Shown here: piece by piece, positions 14,512-23,509 of the stretch
How the letters are laid out: each line of letters begins with the position of its first letter
How positions within the stretch are numbered: position 1 is the first letter of the stretch
Source of the DNA: an uncultured cyanobacterium
GTDB lineage: Bacteria; Cyanobacteriota; Cyanobacteriia; Cyanobacteriales; CAWUOF01
Direction of reading: 5' to 3'
NCBI GenBank assembly: GCA_963744145.1
Contig: CAVUSO010000001.1
Coordinates: 5,394,500-5,426,499 of the forward strand
Length of the DNA: 32,000 nucleotides
The notes under the pieces: generated by a model
The model's database searches: none
Told to the model about the DNA's origin: nothing
The model's input: the letters and a program-made list of their open reading frames with translations, nothing else
Translations under genes and position numbers: made by a program

Positions 14512-16074
14512 TTAAGCTGCTAAATTTTCACTCACGACTCGGACTAAATTTTCTGTCCAATAATGAGCTAGTTCTAAACTGATCGCTTCCACCATTACCC
14601 GAATTACAGGTTCAGTTCCAGAAGCTCTTACCAAAATTCGTCCCTGATCTCCCATTGCTGTTTCTGCTTGGGCGATCGCTTCCATGAGAGGTTCACATTT
14701 TTGCCAATTCACCCGACGTTCCCGATCTTCTACGCGCACATTTTTCAATAACTGGGGATAAGTTTGAAAACTTTCATCCCGAAGTTCGGCTAAAGAACCA
14801 CCCGACTGCTGGACTAATGAAGCTAAATGTAAAGCAGTCATCAATCCATCACCAGTCACCCCATAATGTCTACAAAGAATATGACCAGATTGCTCTCCTC
14901 CGAGCATTCCTCCTAAACGGAGCATTTCTGCATGGACATATTGATCTCCTACCGCAGTACGAATCAATTTACCACCTAGCTGTTCCCAGGCTCGCTCAAA
15001 ACCTAAATTTGCCATTACTGTCGAAACAATCACATTACCCGGTAATTGCCCACGCTGATGCAGGGTTTTTCCCCATAAATATAAAATATAATCACCATCA
15101 ACACATCGACCTTGACTATCAACTGCCAAAACTCGATCTGCATCACCATCAAAAGCAAATCCTAAATCGGCATTATGCAATTTAACTGCTGTTTGGAGCG
15201 GTTCGAGATGAGTAGAACCACAACCCACATTAATGCGATCGCCATTAGGTTGATTATGTAAGCAGGTCACCTTAGCTCCCATTGCTTGAAAAACTCGAGG
15301 AGCGATCCCGACTGCTGCACCCCAAGCTAAATCTAAGACAATCTGCATTCCCTCTAAATTAATTTCTGGGACTAGGGGTTGCTGTAAAGACTTGATATAG
15401 TCCTCCACTAATTTCGGTCGGTGGTAATGCTTTCCCCAGTCATGATTATTACTAGGACTTACTTTTCCTCTTAATCCTGCTTCGATTTGTGCTTGAATCG
15501 ATGGAGATAACTTACTACCATTCTGACCAAAAAACTTAATCCCGTTATCTTCTGGGGGATTATGACTAGCAGAGATCATCACTCCACCCACACCTTCATA
15601 TTCTCTAGTCAGATAAGCGACACAGGGAGTTGGACATAACCCTAAATTCCATACTTCTAAACCAGCAGCCGTTAACCCAGCAGACAATGCTACTGCTAGC
15701 ATATCACTCGATTTACGTGAGTCCTGACCTAAAATAATTGGCCCTGAAGTGGTCGCCTGCTCCTTTAGCACTTGACCTCCCCAGAAACCCACTTGTAAAG
15801 CTAGAGATACCGTCAGTAACTCTCCTACTTTTCCCCGAATCCCATCTGTTCCAAATAAAGGTGTTGTCGGTAAATTAGTTAAGGTTTCCGTAAAAATTGC
15901 TCTTTGTTCTGGACTAAAATTAAGGTGTGTTGTTGATTGTTCACTATTAGTACCAGAACTCTCAACCAAAGACAGAGCGGTACTTAGAGAGCTAGAATCA
16001 GGAAAATTGGCCACAGATTTAACCATAAAATCACTCACTCCACACATAATCAGACTCACAGTGGAGAATAACAT
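14512..16074 (-). CDS. glmM: Phosphoglucosamine mutase
   Basis: [11 protein letters not shown], active-site loop [22 protein letters not shown] and GGEQSGH motifs are present. The true start is probably the ATG at 16026 (MVKSVANF...) rather than the ORF maximum. Confidence 0.9.
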   Translation of the reverse strand: MLFSTVSLIMCGVSDFMVKSVANFPDSSSLSTALSLVESSGTNSEQSTTHLNFSPEQRAIFTETLTNLPTTPLFGTDGIRGKVGELLTVSLALQVGFWGGQVLKEQATTSGPIILGQDSRKSSDMLAVALSAGLTAAGLEVWNLGLCPTPCVAYLTREYEGVGGVMISASHNPPEDNGIKFFGQNGSKLSPSIQAQIEAGLRGKVSPSNNHDWGKHYHRPKLVEDYIKSLQQPLVPEINLEGMQIVLDLAWGAAVGIAPRVFQAMGAKVTCLHNQPNGDRINVGCGSTHLEPLQTAVKLHNADLGFAFDGDADRVLAVDSQGRCVDGDYILYLWGKTLHQRGQLPGNVIVSTVMANLGFERAWEQLGGKLIRTAVGDQYVHAEMLRLGGMLGGEQSGHILCRHYGVTGDGLMTALHLASLVQQSGGSLAELRDESFQTYPQLLKNVRVEDRERRVNWQKCEPLMEAIAQAETAMGDQGRILVRASGTEPVIRVMVEAISLELAHYWTENLVRVVSENLAA

Positions 16075-16346
16075 TTCTATGAGCTATGCCAAGTTAAACA
16101 GTCTTTGGTTGGCAATTCCGGATGGAAAAATGAAAAGGACTTAGCCCAATTTTTAAGCGATCGCCCAGCTTAAATAAATAGGTAATTAAGGAGATGGGAT
16201 GGTATTTTGATCGTAAATTTCCGTAAAATGTCTAGCGACCTTTATGATAAATGAACAAAGATAACAGTGTAGTAGCTTTTAGCAACCCAACTCCAAGGGT
16301 TATAAAAGAATAATCTAGATCCAAATTTCTATTCGGAAGAGCTTTC

Positions 16347-17030
16347 ATGCAGACCAAAGCTTTTAGTGAGCTTTTTCCCCTCTTTAACACGGCTAACCAA
16401 GACACCTTGGCTTGGCTAGCATCTGTTGCGGTTACCCACGACTATCCAACCGGAAGAGCTGTCTTAATGGAAGATGCGTGGGGCAATGCAGTGTACTTTT
16501 TAGAATCGGGCTGGGTTAAAGTCAGACGTTTAGCTGGGGAAAATGTAGTCACCCTAGCGATTTTGGGGAAAGGTGACTTTTTTGGCGAAATGGCCATTTT
16601 AGATGAATCTCCCCGTTCTACGGATGTCATTGCTCTGAGTCCAGTCCAATTAGTCAGTATCTCCGCCCAGCAATTTCTGCAAGCCCTATTTAAAGATACC
16701 CAATTGCACCATCGGATGTTGCAGCTGATGGTAAAGCGTTTGCGTCAAACTAACCATCGCTTTCAACTCCGTAATCGACCACCAGCGGTGAAACTAGCCA
16801 ACACATTAGTTTTGCTAGCCGAAAGTTACGGTCAAACTAGCAAACAAGGGGCAGAAATTTATAATATTCCCTATAACGATTTAGCTGATGTTACCGATAT
16901 TGGGGTCGAAGAAACTGCCAAAATTATCGAAAAGCTAGAAAGTAAAGGTTGGATTAAAATCAATGCCACCAATCAGACTATGAATTTGATCAACCTCAAA
17001 CAGTTAATTAACTTAGCTGGGCATATGTAA
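16347..17030 (+). CDS. Crp/Fnr-family transcriptional regulator (cNMP-binding domain + C-terminal HTH)
   Basis: cNMP-binding signature GDFFGEMAILDESPRSTDVIA. C-terminal HTH-like YNDLADVTDIGVEETAKIIEKLESKGWI. 227 aa. Confidence 0.85.
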   Translation: MQTKAFSELFPLFNTANQDTLAWLASVAVTHDYPTGRAVLMEDAWGNAVYFLESGWVKVRRLAGENVVTLAILGKGDFFGEMAILDESPRSTDVIALSPVQLVSISAQQFLQALFKDTQLHHRMLQLMVKRLRQTNHRFQLRNRPPAVKLANTLVLLAESYGQTSKQGAEIYNIPYNDLADVTDIGVEETAKIIEKLESKGWIKINATNQTMNLINLKQLINLAGHM

Positions 17031-18830
17031 ATGACAGAAGCAACCAAAATTCGCCCTAGTAGTAGCTTAAGCACTAAACCAACCATATCCTACCAGGTTG
17101 CCATGCCTGAGCCGGAAACTCATCTCTTTGCAGTAACTTTACAAGTTCACAACTTTCAAGCACCAATTCTGGATCTAAAAATGCCAGTTTGGACTCCAGG
17201 ATCATATTTAGTTCGGGAGTATGCTAAACATCTTCAAGATTTTTCGGCTCAAAATCATGAGAATAAATCTCTACCTTGGCAAAAAGTAAGTAAAAATCAT
17301 TGGCAAATTCAAACTCAGGGAAATGCTAAGGTCGTCGTGCGTTATCGGATTTTTGCCAATGAGCTAACTGTCCGAACTAACCATCTCGATTCTACCCACG
17401 GTTATTTTAATGGTTCTGCACTATTTTTTGATATTCCAGGGTTAGAAAAAAATCCGATCCAGATCAAAATAGTCCCACCACAACCAGGGTGGCGAGTGAC
17501 TACACCATTGTCAAGTCTGGGAGAAGCAAATACTTTCTTTGCTCCCGATTTTGATACCCTAGTAGATAGTCCCTTTGAGATTGGTAAACATAATTTATAT
17601 AACTTTGAAGTGTTGGGTAAACCCCACGAATTGGTGATTTGGGGACAGGGAAATCTTGAACCTAAACGCGCGATCGCTGATATCCAGAAAATTATTCAGG
17701 TAGAATCCGAAATGTTTGGCGGTTTACCCTATAATCGCTATGTATTTCTCCTCCATTTATCTGCTCAAGGATATGGTGGACTGGAACATAAAGACTCCTG
17801 TACTTTAAATTATCCTCGGTTTGGATTTCGAGCCAAAGATCAGTATGAGCGGTTTATGCAACTGGTAGCGCATGAATTTTTTCACCTCTGGAATGTGAAG
17901 AGAATTCGACCGAAAGAGTTAGAAGTATTTAATTATAACGGCGAAAATTATACTACTTCTCTGTGGTTTTGTGAAGGCACAACGAGTTATTATGACTTGG
18001 TGTTTCCCTTACGAGCTGGAATTTATGATGGGAAAACGTTTTTCAATTTGTTAAGCAAAGAAATAACTCGATTGCAAACTACACCTGGTCGATTAGTTCA
18101 ACCATTAAGCGAATCTAGTTGGGATACATGGATTAAACTATATCGACCTGATGCTAATAGTAATAATTCCCAGATATCCTACTATTTGAAAGGGGAATTG
18201 GTGTCGGTATTGTTAGATTTGTTGATTCGTTACCGACAGGAAAATCAGCGATCGCTAGATCAGGTAATGCAAAAAATGTGGCAGGAATTTGGTCAAACGG
18301 AAAGAGGTTTTACTCCCACCCAATTACAAAATGCGATCGAGTCAGTCGCAGGGATAAATTTAGATGATTTTTTTGCTCGCTATATTCATGGTACAGAAGA
18401 ATTACCCTTTAACGAATACCTGGAACCCTACGGATTGCAACTAGAACAAGATCATCCCAGTGAACTAGCACCATATTTAGGGATAAATGTCAAGACTGAA
18501 AACGGACGAGAAATAATTAAATTTGTCGAATCTGGTTCACCTGCTCAACGAGCGGGAATTGACCCAGGTGATGAATTGTTAGCGATAAATGGGATACGGG
18601 TCAGTGCAGAAAACCTCAGCGATCGACTCAAAGACTATCAATCCGGAGATCAGATTAAAATAGCGTTATTCCATCAAGATGAACTCCGTCACTATCACGT
18701 TACCTTAACTACTTCAAGCCCAAAAACCTGGAAAATTGTCCCAGTTACCCAGCCCAACCCAACCCAAAAAACCCGCTTTCTGGGGTGGTTAGGGACACCT
18801 TTAACCAAAGTATTTAACTTGGAAATTTGA
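17031..18830 (+). CDS. M61-family glycyl aminopeptidase with C-terminal PDZ domain
   Basis: Zinc motif HEFFHLWNVKRIRP, with length and layout typical of M61. PDZ-like GSPAQRAGIDPGDELLAINGIRV. The start abuts the stop of the regulator gene. Confidence 0.85.
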   Translation: MTEATKIRPSSSLSTKPTISYQVAMPEPETHLFAVTLQVHNFQAPILDLKMPVWTPGSYLVREYAKHLQDFSAQNHENKSLPWQKVSKNHWQIQTQGNAKVVVRYRIFANELTVRTNHLDSTHGYFNGSALFFDIPGLEKNPIQIKIVPPQPGWRVTTPLSSLGEANTFFAPDFDTLVDSPFEIGKHNLYNFEVLGKPHELVIWGQGNLEPKRAIADIQKIIQVESEMFGGLPYNRYVFLLHLSAQGYGGLEHKDSCTLNYPRFGFRAKDQYERFMQLVAHEFFHLWNVKRIRPKELEVFNYNGENYTTSLWFCEGTTSYYDLVFPLRAGIYDGKTFFNLLSKEITRLQTTPGRLVQPLSESSWDTWIKLYRPDANSNNSQISYYLKGELVSVLLDLLIRYRQENQRSLDQVMQKMWQEFGQTERGFTPTQLQNAIESVAGINLDDFFARYIHGTEELPFNEYLEPYGLQLEQDHPSELAPYLGINVKTENGREIIKFVESGSPAQRAGIDPGDELLAINGIRVSAENLSDRLKDYQSGDQIKIALFHQDELRHYHVTLTTSSPKTWKIVPVTQPNPTQKTRFLGWLGTPLTKVFNLEI

Positions 18831-18890
18831 ACTACTTCTAGCCACAAATGTCTTAAAATATTCTAGCAAGATGTTTATTTGGATCAAACT

Positions 18891-19385
18891 ATGCAATCAC
18901 CTCCTCCTCCATCCATTACTCCCCGTCAAATGAACCTACTCCGAATCGTTGTTTCTATGGCTTGGGCTGATGGTCATTTAGCTGAAGAAGAAAAAGAATT
19001 AATGCTCGATCGCTTTACCCACATATTTGCTACAGATGTTCAACATCAGCAACTAATTCAACAAGAACTGCAAGGTTATCTAATTCAAAATATCCCTTTA
19101 GAAGAATTAATTCCCCATTTGCAAACCGACGCAGAAAAAGAGTTAGTTTTAATGCTAGGTTATGAAGTAATCGCAGTTAGTTCCAGAACCCCAGAAGAAG
19201 ATAAAATTAATCAGGAAGAAGCAAAAGCTTATCAAAAACTGGTTCAATTGCTCAACTTACCTCCTGAATTAGTTAAACAGATCGAAACTCAATTGGCTAG
19301 CGAACAGCGTAGTCAATCGGGAATGATTGATAAATTAGTTAACAAGTTAGGACAATTTGTGAAAAGTCAGCATAAAAATAACTGA
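18891..19385 (+). CDS. TerB-like domain protein
   Basis: LLRIVVSMAWADGHLAEEEKELMLDRF resembles the TerB/DjlA-N helical fold signature. The ATG at 18891 is preferred over TTG 18879. Confidence 0.5.
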   Translation: MQSPPPPSITPRQMNLLRIVVSMAWADGHLAEEEKELMLDRFTHIFATDVQHQQLIQQELQGYLIQNIPLEELIPHLQTDAEKELVLMLGYEVIAVSSRTPEEDKINQEEAKAYQKLVQLLNLPPELVKQIETQLASEQRSQSGMIDKLVNKLGQFVKSQHKNN

Positions 19386-19512
19386 GAAGCGCAAAATTAA
19401 TCCTACCTGATCACTAACTAAATTTGGTGCAACTCAAGATTATTGCGGATCAAGATCACGTAAATAGTAATTAGCCGATCGAATAGCTTTCCTTTAACTT
19501 TTCCAACAGGTT

Positions 19513-20489
19513 CTAAATACTCATTGCTAACATCCGTTGAATGGGTTGTAGTGCTGCTAAACGGGTTTCTTCGGGAAGCGTAATTTCTGGAGTACGGTTT
19601 TTCATGGCTAAATAAAGCTTTTCCAGAGTATTCAGACGCATATGAGGACACTCATTACAACTACACTGGTTCATGGGTGGTGCGGGAATGAAGTGTTTCT
19701 CTGGTGCTTGTTTTTGCATTTGATGAATAATTCCGGGTTCAGTAGCAACAATAAAACTCGAACTGGAACTGGAGCAAGCATATTTTAAGAGTGCAGTAGT
19801 AGAACCAATATAGTCTGCATGACGTAATACTGGTGGCTCACATTCTGGATGAGCAATCACTTCAGCATCGGGATGGACAATTTTCAGCTCGACAATTTTC
19901 TGTTCGGAAAATGTTTCATGGACGATACAACTACCTTGCCATAACACCATCTCTCTACCAGTCTGCTCCATTACATATCTCCCTAAATTACGATCTGGAG
20001 CAAAAATAATTGGTTGATCAGCGGGAATTTGATTAACAATTTTGACCACATTAGAACTGGTGCAAATAATGTCACTGAGAGCTTTAATATCGGCAGTACA
20101 GTTGATATAAGAAATGACTAAATGATTGGGATGGGCAGCTTTAAAAGCTGCAAAAGCATCTTTGGGACAACTATCAGCGAGGGAACAACCAGCTTTTAGA
20201 TCGGTAAAAGTACCAGTTTATTCGGGTTGAGAATTTTGGCAGTTTCTGCCATAAAGTGGACACCCGCAAAGACAATCACATCCGCATCGGTGTTGGCTGC
20301 TTTACGGGAAAGCTCTAGAGAATCACCAATGTAGTCAGCCACATCTTGAATATCAGGATCTTGGTAATAATGGGCTAAAACCACGGCATTCAGCTTTTTT
20401 TTCTCTTCTTCAATGAGAGTAAACAGATCCTGGTGGACTGGAATTGTAGTTTTGAGACTATCTTCGGAACGGATTAGAGTGGTAAACAC
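19513..20489 (-). pseudogene. nadA: Quinolinate synthase NadA interrupted by a single-base frameshift near 20199-20204
   Basis: The N-terminal ORF ([37 protein letters not shown]) stops at ...LVLLPI*. The next frame continues [13 protein letters not shown]...[19 protein letters not shown]...CIVHE...CSCNECPHM. Reading CCGATC as CCGGATC restores one ORF. Confidence 0.85.
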
Positions 20490-20682
20490 AGTTTAAAGTT
20501 TGAATAGGGTTATTTAAGATAATTATAGTTTTTTTTACCAAAATTTGCACTTAACTGAACTTGATCCTGAAAATTTTTCAGAATTTATATACAATTTGGA
20601 GAGAAAAATAGAATTTTCTACTGAAATATGGCTAAAACCCATATATAATAAAGATTTAAGCCTATTTCTATCCCTTTATTCT

Positions 20683-21651
20683 ATGCCTTATCTAGAAACT
20701 ACTGCCCAGTTTTACGCCCAAGCTGCTCAAACCCCTCAAATTGGACTTTGTTGTGCTAGCACTCCGCCACTCCAATTACCAGGGTTAAAGATTCCGAAAA
20801 TTATGCAGCAGATGAACTATGGCTGCGGCTCAACGGTGCATCCAACCGAGTTATTTGGAGAACCTACAATCCTATATATTGGCATTGGTGGAGGAATAGA
20901 AGCGCTTCAGTTTGCTTATTTTTCTCGTAAACCAGCAGGTGTGATTGCAGTTGAGCCGATTTCAGAAATGCGAACAGTAGCTGCCCACAATTTACAGATA
21001 GCTGCCGAAGATAACAATTGGTTTAATCCCGATTTTGTCAAAATTTTGGTAGGGGATGCCTTTACATTACCAGCACCAGATAACTCAGTGGATGTGGTAG
21101 CACAAAACTGTTTGTTCAATATCTTTGAACCTGATGATCTGCAACGAGCCCTGCTTGAAGCTAATCGAGTGTTGAAACCTGGTGGAAGGTTAATTATGAG
21201 TGATCCGATCGCCACTCGTCCGATTCCACCAGAACTCCAGCAAGATGAACGGTTACGCGCTATGTGTTTATCCGGGGCACTTACTTATGATGAATATATC
21301 CAGCACCTAATTGCGATCGGGTTTGGGCAGATCGAGATTCGCGCTCGTCGTCCCTATCGTCTGTTAGATACCCACAATTACAATTTGGATACCCCCCTAT
21401 TACTGGAAAGTCTAGACTCCGTTTCTTTTAAAATACCTGTTCCAGAAGATGGAGCTTGCGTATTTACAGGTAAAACTGCCATTTATGCAGGTGCTGAATC
21501 CCTACTAAATGATCAGGCTGGACATTTACTACAACCGGGTATTCCTTTAGCAGTTTGTGACAAAACAGCAGCCAAACTTGCTCGGCAATTTCCACAAGAT
21601 GTGATCATTACAGACTCCACTTGGCATTATCATGGTGGCGGATGCTGTTAA
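20683..21651 (+). CDS. Class I SAM-dependent methyltransferase, ArsM-like
   Basis: SAM motif ILYIGIGGGIEAL and post-I/II motifs DNSVDVVAQNCLFNI, LKPGGRLIMSDP. ArsM-like Cys motifs are GLCCAS and NYGCGS. The ATG at 20683 (MPYLETTAQFY) is preferred to the TTG at 20545. Confidence 0.7.
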   Translation: MPYLETTAQFYAQAAQTPQIGLCCASTPPLQLPGLKIPKIMQQMNYGCGSTVHPTELFGEPTILYIGIGGGIEALQFAYFSRKPAGVIAVEPISEMRTVAAHNLQIAAEDNNWFNPDFVKILVGDAFTLPAPDNSVDVVAQNCLFNIFEPDDLQRALLEANRVLKPGGRLIMSDPIATRPIPPELQQDERLRAMCLSGALTYDEYIQHLIAIGFGQIEIRARRPYRLLDTHNYNLDTPLLLESLDSVSFKIPVPEDGACVFTGKTAIYAGAESLLNDQAGHLLQPGIPLAVCDKTAAKLARQFPQDVIITDSTWHYHGGGCC

Positions 21652-21894
21652 AAGAATCGATCATAGGTTGAGCGATCGCGCCGGTCAGAACAAAAAACAA
21701 TTATTAATCAAATCACTTCTGATTCTATCTGCTCAACCTAGCTAATAGTTCATCGCGGTAACCGAACCATATTGATTGTCGATGGTCTATGATTTTAGCT
21801 CGGAATGGACAAGCGATCGCGGTGCTGATGACACTAAACGCTGTTCTAAATACTGAACCATATTGAATTGTAATAGTCTTTTTTCTATGCTAAC

Positions 21895-22088
21895 TTAAAA
21901 AGTAATATTCTCCCATTCTTGAGCTTCAATAAAACGGCTTAAATAGTTAACGTTGGTAGTAGCTATAATCAGAGATTGCCCCGGATATTCTTGTTGAAGG
22001 AGTGCCATTGTTTGCAAAGCAAAGCATCCCCAGAATTTTTAGGAGAGGAAGCTAAACCTAAAATTCCTGTATCTAAAAAAACAATCAT
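21895..22088 (-). pseudogene. Remnant of a PIN-domain (VapC-like) toxin gene: N-terminal ~27 codons joined out of frame to C-terminal ~35 codons
   Basis: The minus strand reads MIVFLDTGILGLASSPKNSGDALLCKQW..., then a stop. A second frame gives ...SLIIATTNVNYLSRFIEAQEWENITF*. The ATG overlaps the upstream stop (ATGA). Confidence 0.5.
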
Positions 22089-22327
22089 TCTTTACTAAAG
22101 AGTTTTTGTCCAGAGGGGCGATAACTATCAATAATTTTTTTGACTGCTTCCCAGTGTTGATCATTTTCTCTAGCTTCTTCTTCTGTGATCTCTTCCGCTA
22201 GTTTTCGTTTTAACCATTCCATTAAAGGTTGATTTTTTTCTAATTGTTCTTCTGGGGTTTTACCAAAGTGTTTGAGAGCGGGTGCAAATGAGTATTTCAT
22301 AACTTGATCCAATTGGTTTACTGACAT
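22085..22327 (-). CDS. Small antitoxin-like protein upstream of the PIN remnant
   Basis: 80 aa from the ATG at 22327. Acidic helical protein (LAEEITEEEARENDQHWEAVKKIIDSYR) whose stop overlaps the PIN remnant start. Assigned on context only. Confidence 0.45.
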   Translation of the reverse strand: MSVNQLDQVMKYSFAPALKHFGKTPEEQLEKNQPLMEWLKRKLAEEITEEEARENDQHWEAVKKIIDSYRPSGQKLFSKE

Positions 22328-22374
22328 GGTGAAGCATAGAACTGTTTTTAACCCTAGCAATAGCTTACAGCTAT

Positions 22375-22617
22375 TTATTGAGTGAAAGGCGATCGGGCAT
22401 GATCCATCTCGTCGATCGTTTTTGCTTCACGCCAAAATTTTAAACAACCTGCAACATCACTTAAGGTTGTTTCAGCAAAAGCTTTTTTTGGCTTGATTAA
22501 AATTCCATCACCAGTATCAATCAAAAGTAATTCCTGACCCGCTTCCCAACCGTAAGCTTTCCCCAGAGATGGAGGAATAATCATTTGTCCTTGGTCTGAT
22601 ACTCTGATTGTTTCCAT
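22375..22617 (-). CDS. AbrB/MazE/SpoVT-family antitoxin
   Basis: METIRVSDQGQMIIPPSLGKAYGWEAGQELLLIDTGDGILIKP is the swapped-hairpin SpoVT-AbrB signature. Confidence 0.8.
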   Translation of the reverse strand: METIRVSDQGQMIIPPSLGKAYGWEAGQELLLIDTGDGILIKPKKAFAETTLSDVAGCLKFWREAKTIDEMDHARSPFTQ

Positions 22618-23092
22618 ATTAAAATAAACTGCGATAAATTATGGGAGACTCAAGTTTAGTTTAACTTGGCTGGTAGTGAAATTGCTAGACTATGCCACTT
22701 GATAGTCGTTGGTATTGCACCCTAATTAATTGAGCTAGGCGATCGCATCAAAAAGAAAATAAACAATCAATCCGATTGTAGGGGCAGGTTCACCGATCAA
22801 TTCTATCACAAACGAGTAATCATCATAAACCTGCCCTCACCCACCGATAAATCCCAAACTACAGATCATCTTAGCAAACGCGATCGCACAGTTCAAAATT
22901 CAGGCGATCGCATAATTATAATTAGATTCATTACTAGGAACTTGCTGTTTTAATACCCACCGCTTTTTTATATTTTTGGACAAAATTTTATCCCATTTCA
23001 AGGTTAAGATAGTTTAATTAATGGGACAACTGGTGGCATAATTAAATTAACTAAATTAAAATAACAGATAAAAACTTTCCCTGGTACAGATA

Positions 23093-23509
23093 ATGGACCC
23101 AATAACTGCTGGTGCGATCGCACTAATTACTCTGCTGGTCAACAAAACTTTTGAGAAAACGGGCGAAATAGTTGTAAGTAAAGCTTTTGACCAAGCAGGT
23201 AATGTTCTCAACTTGCTCAAACACAAATCTCCCGAAACTGCCAAAATGATTGCAGCAGCAGAAAATCCTGCTTTACCTCCTGGTGAAACGGTATATATGG
23301 ATGCTGTGGTAGAAAAGGTACAATCAGAAGCCCAACGTGACCCGGAAATTAAGGCAGAGTTGGAAAAATTAGGGGCTATGATCGAAGCAGCGAAAAAGGT
23401 AGATCCGCAATTGGCTAATACTATTAATGAAAATTGGCAGGGGATATGTTTTAAAAATGCTAATCCTACTATTTCTAATAATACTTTTAATTTTGGTGGC
23501 AAAGGATGA
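23093..23509 (+). CDS. Small helical effector-like protein with N-terminal hydrophobic helix and a C-terminal N/Q/G-rich motif shared with the downstream NLR
   Basis: N-terminus is MDPITAGAIALITLLV. The C-terminus, INENWQGICFKNANPTISNNTFNFGGKG, mirrors residues 1-28 of 23506-24831. The stop overlaps the next start (ATGA). Confidence 0.65.
   Translation: MDPITAGAIALITLLVNKTFEKTGEIVVSKAFDQAGNVLNLLKHKSPETAKMIAAAENPALPPGETVYMDAVVEKVQSEAQRDPEIKAELEKLGAMIEAAKKVDPQLANTINENWQGICFKNANPTISNNTFNFGGKG

Noticed and set aside
14817-15185. 122-aa plus-strand ORF inside glmM. The same reasoning applies to the nested ORFs at 16442-16630, 20916-21215, 30335-30535, 30906-31103, 9108-9323, 9666-9893, 10529-10711, 10693-10923, 14003-14236, 6802-7119 and 29386-29571
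   Set aside because: All are antisense or out of frame within genes that carry clear family motifs, so they are treated as chance ORFs.
19418-19651. 77-aa minus-strand ORF overlapping the nadA 3' end
   Set aside because: It is out of frame with the conserved NadA C-terminus and has no support.
21664-21740. 10-bp inverted repeat TAGGTTGAGC...GCTCAACCTA downstream of the methyltransferase gene
   Set aside because: The 57-nt loop and the lack of a following T-tract make it a poor terminator candidate. It occurs only once in the window.
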